A DNA stretch of 64,000 nucleotides. Origin: an uncultured Acidimicrobiia bacterium. Its GTDB lineage: Bacteria > Actinomycetota > Acidimicrobiia > Acidimicrobiales > AC-14. Position numbers and translations under genes: made by a program. Shown in pieces: positions 61,012 through 64,000 of this stretch. Location of the stretch: positions 384,001 to 448,000 of the forward strand of contig CAWIIV010000015.1 in the NCBI GenBank assembly GCA_963836205.1, given 5' to 3'. The notes beneath the pieces were generated by a model that ran no database searches, had not been told where the DNA came from, and saw nothing but the letters and a program-made list of their open reading frames with translations. Every line of letters starts with the position of its first letter. Position 1 is the stretch's first letter.

Positions 61012-61172
61012 AGGGGATGCCCCGGCCGTGGCGGCCTCACCGGACCGGTGAGGCCGACGGGCCGCCGTCCTCCGATTCCCCCGGCAAGTGGCCGGCAGGG
61101 CTCCGGCAGGGGCCGCGGCGCAGGGTGAGGGCGACCGAAGGATCGGTCCCGCCGACGCCGAAGGAGATTCCC

Positions 61173-61409
61173 ATGGCCTCTTCCCACACCCGCCGAGCCG
61201 CCCTTGCCCTCGCCCTGTTGACCGCGCCGATCGTGTCGCTGGCGGCACCGGCCAACGCCGACACCTACCACCCCCGCCTGTCCACCGGCGGCTGCATCAC
61301 GGGCATCGCCGACACCCACAACGGCCAGCCCGTGTGCCGGGTCATCGGCGGTCACACCACGATGATCATCGTCGGCGACGTCGGGGGCGACACCTGGCCC
61401 GGCTGGTGA
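61173..61409 (+). CDS. Small secreted hypothetical protein
   Basis: RBS AAGGAG; signal peptide ending 'APANA'; two Cys. Confidence 0.65.
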   Translation: MASSHTRRAALALALLTAPIVSLAAPANADTYHPRLSTGGCITGIADTHNGQPVCRVIGGHTTMIIVGDVGGDTWPGW

Positions 61410-61422
61410 TTTGCCGGGTGCC

Positions 61423-62823
61423 TCAGCCCCGGATGCAGTCGAGGAGGCTGTTGACGCCGGCCGCCTGATTGATGGCGAAGGCGCAGATGGTGCGCATACC
61501 GGTGGACGTGCCGGGGAAGAACGCCTCGAACCCGTGCTCGGGCCCGTAGACCGGACGACGGCTTCGACATCGAGCCGGGTCTGGTTGGCAGGCGTCGACC
61601 CCAGGAAGGCGCCATCGACGTACACGTAGACCGTGACCGGGCCGGCCACGTCCGGGTCGATCGCCCATCCCCTGACCGCGGTGCCCGACTGCCCCATCGA
61701 CATGGCCACCTGGAGCGATCCCATCGGGTCGAACGCCACCCAGACGACCTTGCACCCGAGCAGTTGGTTGGCGCCGGCGCCCTGGTTGAGGGCGAAGGTG
61801 CAGACGTTGTGGTTCCCGGCACTCACCGGGACGACGCCTTGGTACCCGTGGCTGTCGCCCGTACCCGGGTAGGCGCCGCCGACATCGGGCCGCAGCCGGT
61901 TGGCGGCCAGGGCCTGGCGGAAGGTCCCGTCGACATAGACGTACACGGCCACCGGGCCGGCGGTGTCGGGATCGATCGCCCAGCCCGACACCAGCACGCC
62001 CCCCGGGCGGCGGCCGACCGTGTCCAGTGAGCCGTAGGGGTCGGACGCGACCACGACGCTCCGGCAGCAGATCAGGGTGTCGACACCGGCGCCCTGGTTG
62101 ACGGCGTGGGCGCACACCGAGTGGTTCCCTCCCCCCAGCGACAACGTGGCCGCGAACCCGCGCCCGTCGGGCCGGCCGACGTCGGGTCGGGGCTGGTCGG
62201 CCACCACCGTCGAGCGCGCCGTACCGTCCACCTGGATCCGGACCGAGACCGGAGCCGAGGCGTCGGGTCGGGCGAACCATCAGCGTTGTAGCGAGCCACA
62301 GAGACGTCGGGCCCGTCCTTGCCGGCGACGACGACCCGGCCGTCGGGCAGGATCGCCAGCGCCACGCCGCGGCCACCGTCCGACCGGCCCCCCAGCACGG
62401 GTCGAGTTGGCCGTCGGCCAGGAGGCGCACGGTCTGGGCGAGGGTGGTGACCAGGATGCGACCGTCGGACTGGATGGCCAGGCCGTCGACCGTGGGCTGG
62501 GCCAGGCGGGGCAGCAGGAGCTGGCCGTCGACGCCGAAGGTGGGGTCGGGGCGGCCGTCGGGCCGGAAGCGGTTGACGACCATGTCGGTGTGGCCATTCG
62601 GCCGCCGGGCGCCGCCGCCCACGACCACCGAGCCTTCGGCCTGGACCGCCACCGCCCCGCCCCGGTCGATCGGCCCGATGTCGACGACCACCTTGCCCCC
62701 GGCGAAGGCCACGTCGAGGCCAATGGTCTCGGCCTCCGCCGCGGGTGTGCCGGCGACGAGCGTCAGGGCGCCGACGAGCACGGCGACCGCCAACCGCCGG
62801 GCGGTACGTGACTGGCTGACCAT
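61423..62823 (-). CDS. Secreted protein with delta-60 repeats and 'GWAIDPD' Ig-like repeats (several frameshifts)
   Basis: 'DPTFGVDG' and 'IQSDGRILV' delta-60 motifs; repeated 'GWAIDPD..GPV.VYVYVDG...HxVCxxAxNQGAG'. Confidence 0.75.
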   Translation of the reverse strand: MVSQSRTARRLAVAVLVGALTLVAGTPAAEAETIGLDVAFAGGKVVVDIGPIDRGGAVAVQAEGSVVVGGGARRPNGHTDMVVNRFRPDGRPDPTFGVDGQLLLPRLAQPTVDGLAIQSDGRILVTTLAQTVRLLADGQLDPCWGAGRTVAAAWRWRSCPTAGSSSPARTGPTSLWLATTLMVRPTRRLGSGLGPDPGGRYGALDGGGRPAPTRRRPARRARVRGHVVAGGREPLGVRPRRQPGRRCRHPDLLPERRGRVRPLRLTGHGRPPPGGRAGVGLGDRSRHRRPGGRVRLCRRDLPPGPGRQPAAARCRRRLPGYGRQPRVPRRRPGECREPQRLHLRPQPGRRRQPTARVQGRLGGVRPDGIAPGGHVDGAVGHRGQGMGDRPGRGRPGHGLRVRRWRLPGVDACQPDPARCRSRRPVYGPEHGFEAFFPGTSTGMRTICAFAINQAAGVNSLLDCIRG

Positions 62824-63117
62824 GCGCACGCCGATCTGCGCCCCGTCGGGGCGTCGTTCCGCTATCGACGGTCCATCGGCCGACCTTGAGCGCCGCCTGC
62901 CGGACGATTGTCGTCGGCCGTCGCCGGGAATGGGGACCCGTAGGAGCGAGACCCACGACCCGCGAGCCGTGGCCGTCACCCCGTCCGTCGTCATCGTGGC
63001 GGCCCGGGACGGACCCGGAGAGATACATCGGCGTTTCGGGACATCGGGGCCGCGTAACGGCGGGGGTCCGAGGACGGACGGAGCGTCGACCGTCGAGCGA
63101 GAGACCGGAGGGCCCCG

Positions 63118-63576
63118 ATGCGCAGGATCCGCCACACGATTGCCGCCATCGCCTGCATCGTCGTCGTCGGGCTGGCGACGGCCGGTCCGGCCCTGGCCGC
63201 GCCGGCGGACAAGCCCGTCGTCACCGTCGGCCGCCTCGACGTGTACGACAGCGGCGGCGTCTCACCCGACACCTGGCGGACCTACGTGAAGGTGCCCGTC
63301 GCCGGCTACAACTTCACGCCCGGCGGCAACGTGTACGTGACCTTCCAGGACCTCTCCGCAGGCACGCCCGCAATCTCCGGCGAGTGGATCAGGTCGGGCA
63401 CCGGGCCGTGCGGGTTCGAGTGCAACACCTACGGCAAGATCTCGTACAGCCGCACGCTGAACTTCGAGTACCTCAGCGTGTGCGGGCACTGGCTCCGGGT
63501 GTGGGCGTGGGACCAGGTCAAGAGCCCGCAGGCGGGGTACGGCTGGTCGTCGCGCGACGTCCAGGTCGCCTGCTGA
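63118..63576 (+). CDS. Secreted hypothetical protein
   Basis: RBS GGAGG; signal peptide ending 'PALA'; beta-rich mature part with four Cys. Confidence 0.75.
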   Translation: MRRIRHTIAAIACIVVVGLATAGPALAAPADKPVVTVGRLDVYDSGGVSPDTWRTYVKVPVAGYNFTPGGNVYVTFQDLSAGTPAISGEWIRSGTGPCGFECNTYGKISYSRTLNFEYLSVCGHWLRVWAWDQVKSPQAGYGWSSRDVQVAC

Positions 63577-64000
63577 GCCGGCGCCAGCGCCGAAAGCAGG
63601 TCAGAAGTCGGGCGTTCCTCGGAGTCCGGGGGAAGGGGACGAGGTCGCGACGCGGCTGCGTTTGGGGGGCCGGGTCTTGGCCTTGTCCGACTTCTCGTGG
63701 CGCGCCGCGCCGGCGGTCGCCGCGGGAGAGGCCCGCGGCTGCACTCGTCGGCGGCTGGTGGTGGTGGTGGAGAACTACATCGGCTTCGGGTGTCGGCTCC
63801 ACCGGGAGGGAAACGACGGCCTTGGGGAGTCTGCGGACGGGAGCGGTGCGTGGCCATCTCGGCGATGAACGGAGCGGCGTCATGACCACGGCGATGCACA
63901 GGTACCGGCGGCGACGACGCGATCTCGGTACTTTCTGGGGTCGGCTTCTTCGAAACGGAGAAGGAGGCCGAGGCCGGGTTCGCGCCGTTGGACGCGCCGG

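Overview
GC-rich actinobacterial DNA; the gene content suggests Acidimicrobiia (inference). About 15 otherwise intact genes carry single-base frameshifts, most simply explained by uncorrected long-read errors, so 'frameshifted' below does not necessarily mean pseudogene. (1) 1-4.9 kb: the distal end of an extracellular/cytoplasmic contractile injection system (CIS) locus (baseplate J-like, tail I-like, then a membrane-anchored zinc-ribbon/lectin protein), followed by a Tat amidohydrolase. (2) 5.1-8.7 kb: an accessory islet with an ISL3 element and two toxin-antitoxin pairs. (3) 9-15.5 kb: a MalT-like/BTAD regulator, a structured intergenic region, a sortase-type surface protein with 12-aa repeats, and an SOS-boxed imuA-imuB pair whose imuB carries an in-frame palindromic repeat array. 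(4) 15.5-44.8 kb: mixed metabolic genes (multicopper oxidase, PPK2, a split ArgZ/AgrE-like pair, patatin, rnhB, selD, GH38, a pentein enzyme, MoxR-DUF58-VWA, gpsA, a pseudokinase, cofC, an SOS-boxed DUF222-HNH gene). (5) 45.5-53.2 kb: the conserved actinobacterial MTAP-FmdB-galU-moeA/glp-moaA-moaC-glpR-tRNA-Ala(CGC) locus, with a translin-like gene inserted. (6) 53.2-64 kb: an accessory region after the tRNA with unusual TA-like pairs, an IS1380 remnant, an atypical P1B ATPase and several small secreted proteins. No CRISPR array, rRNA or integrase was seen. All calls come from motif recognition by eye; no searches were run.
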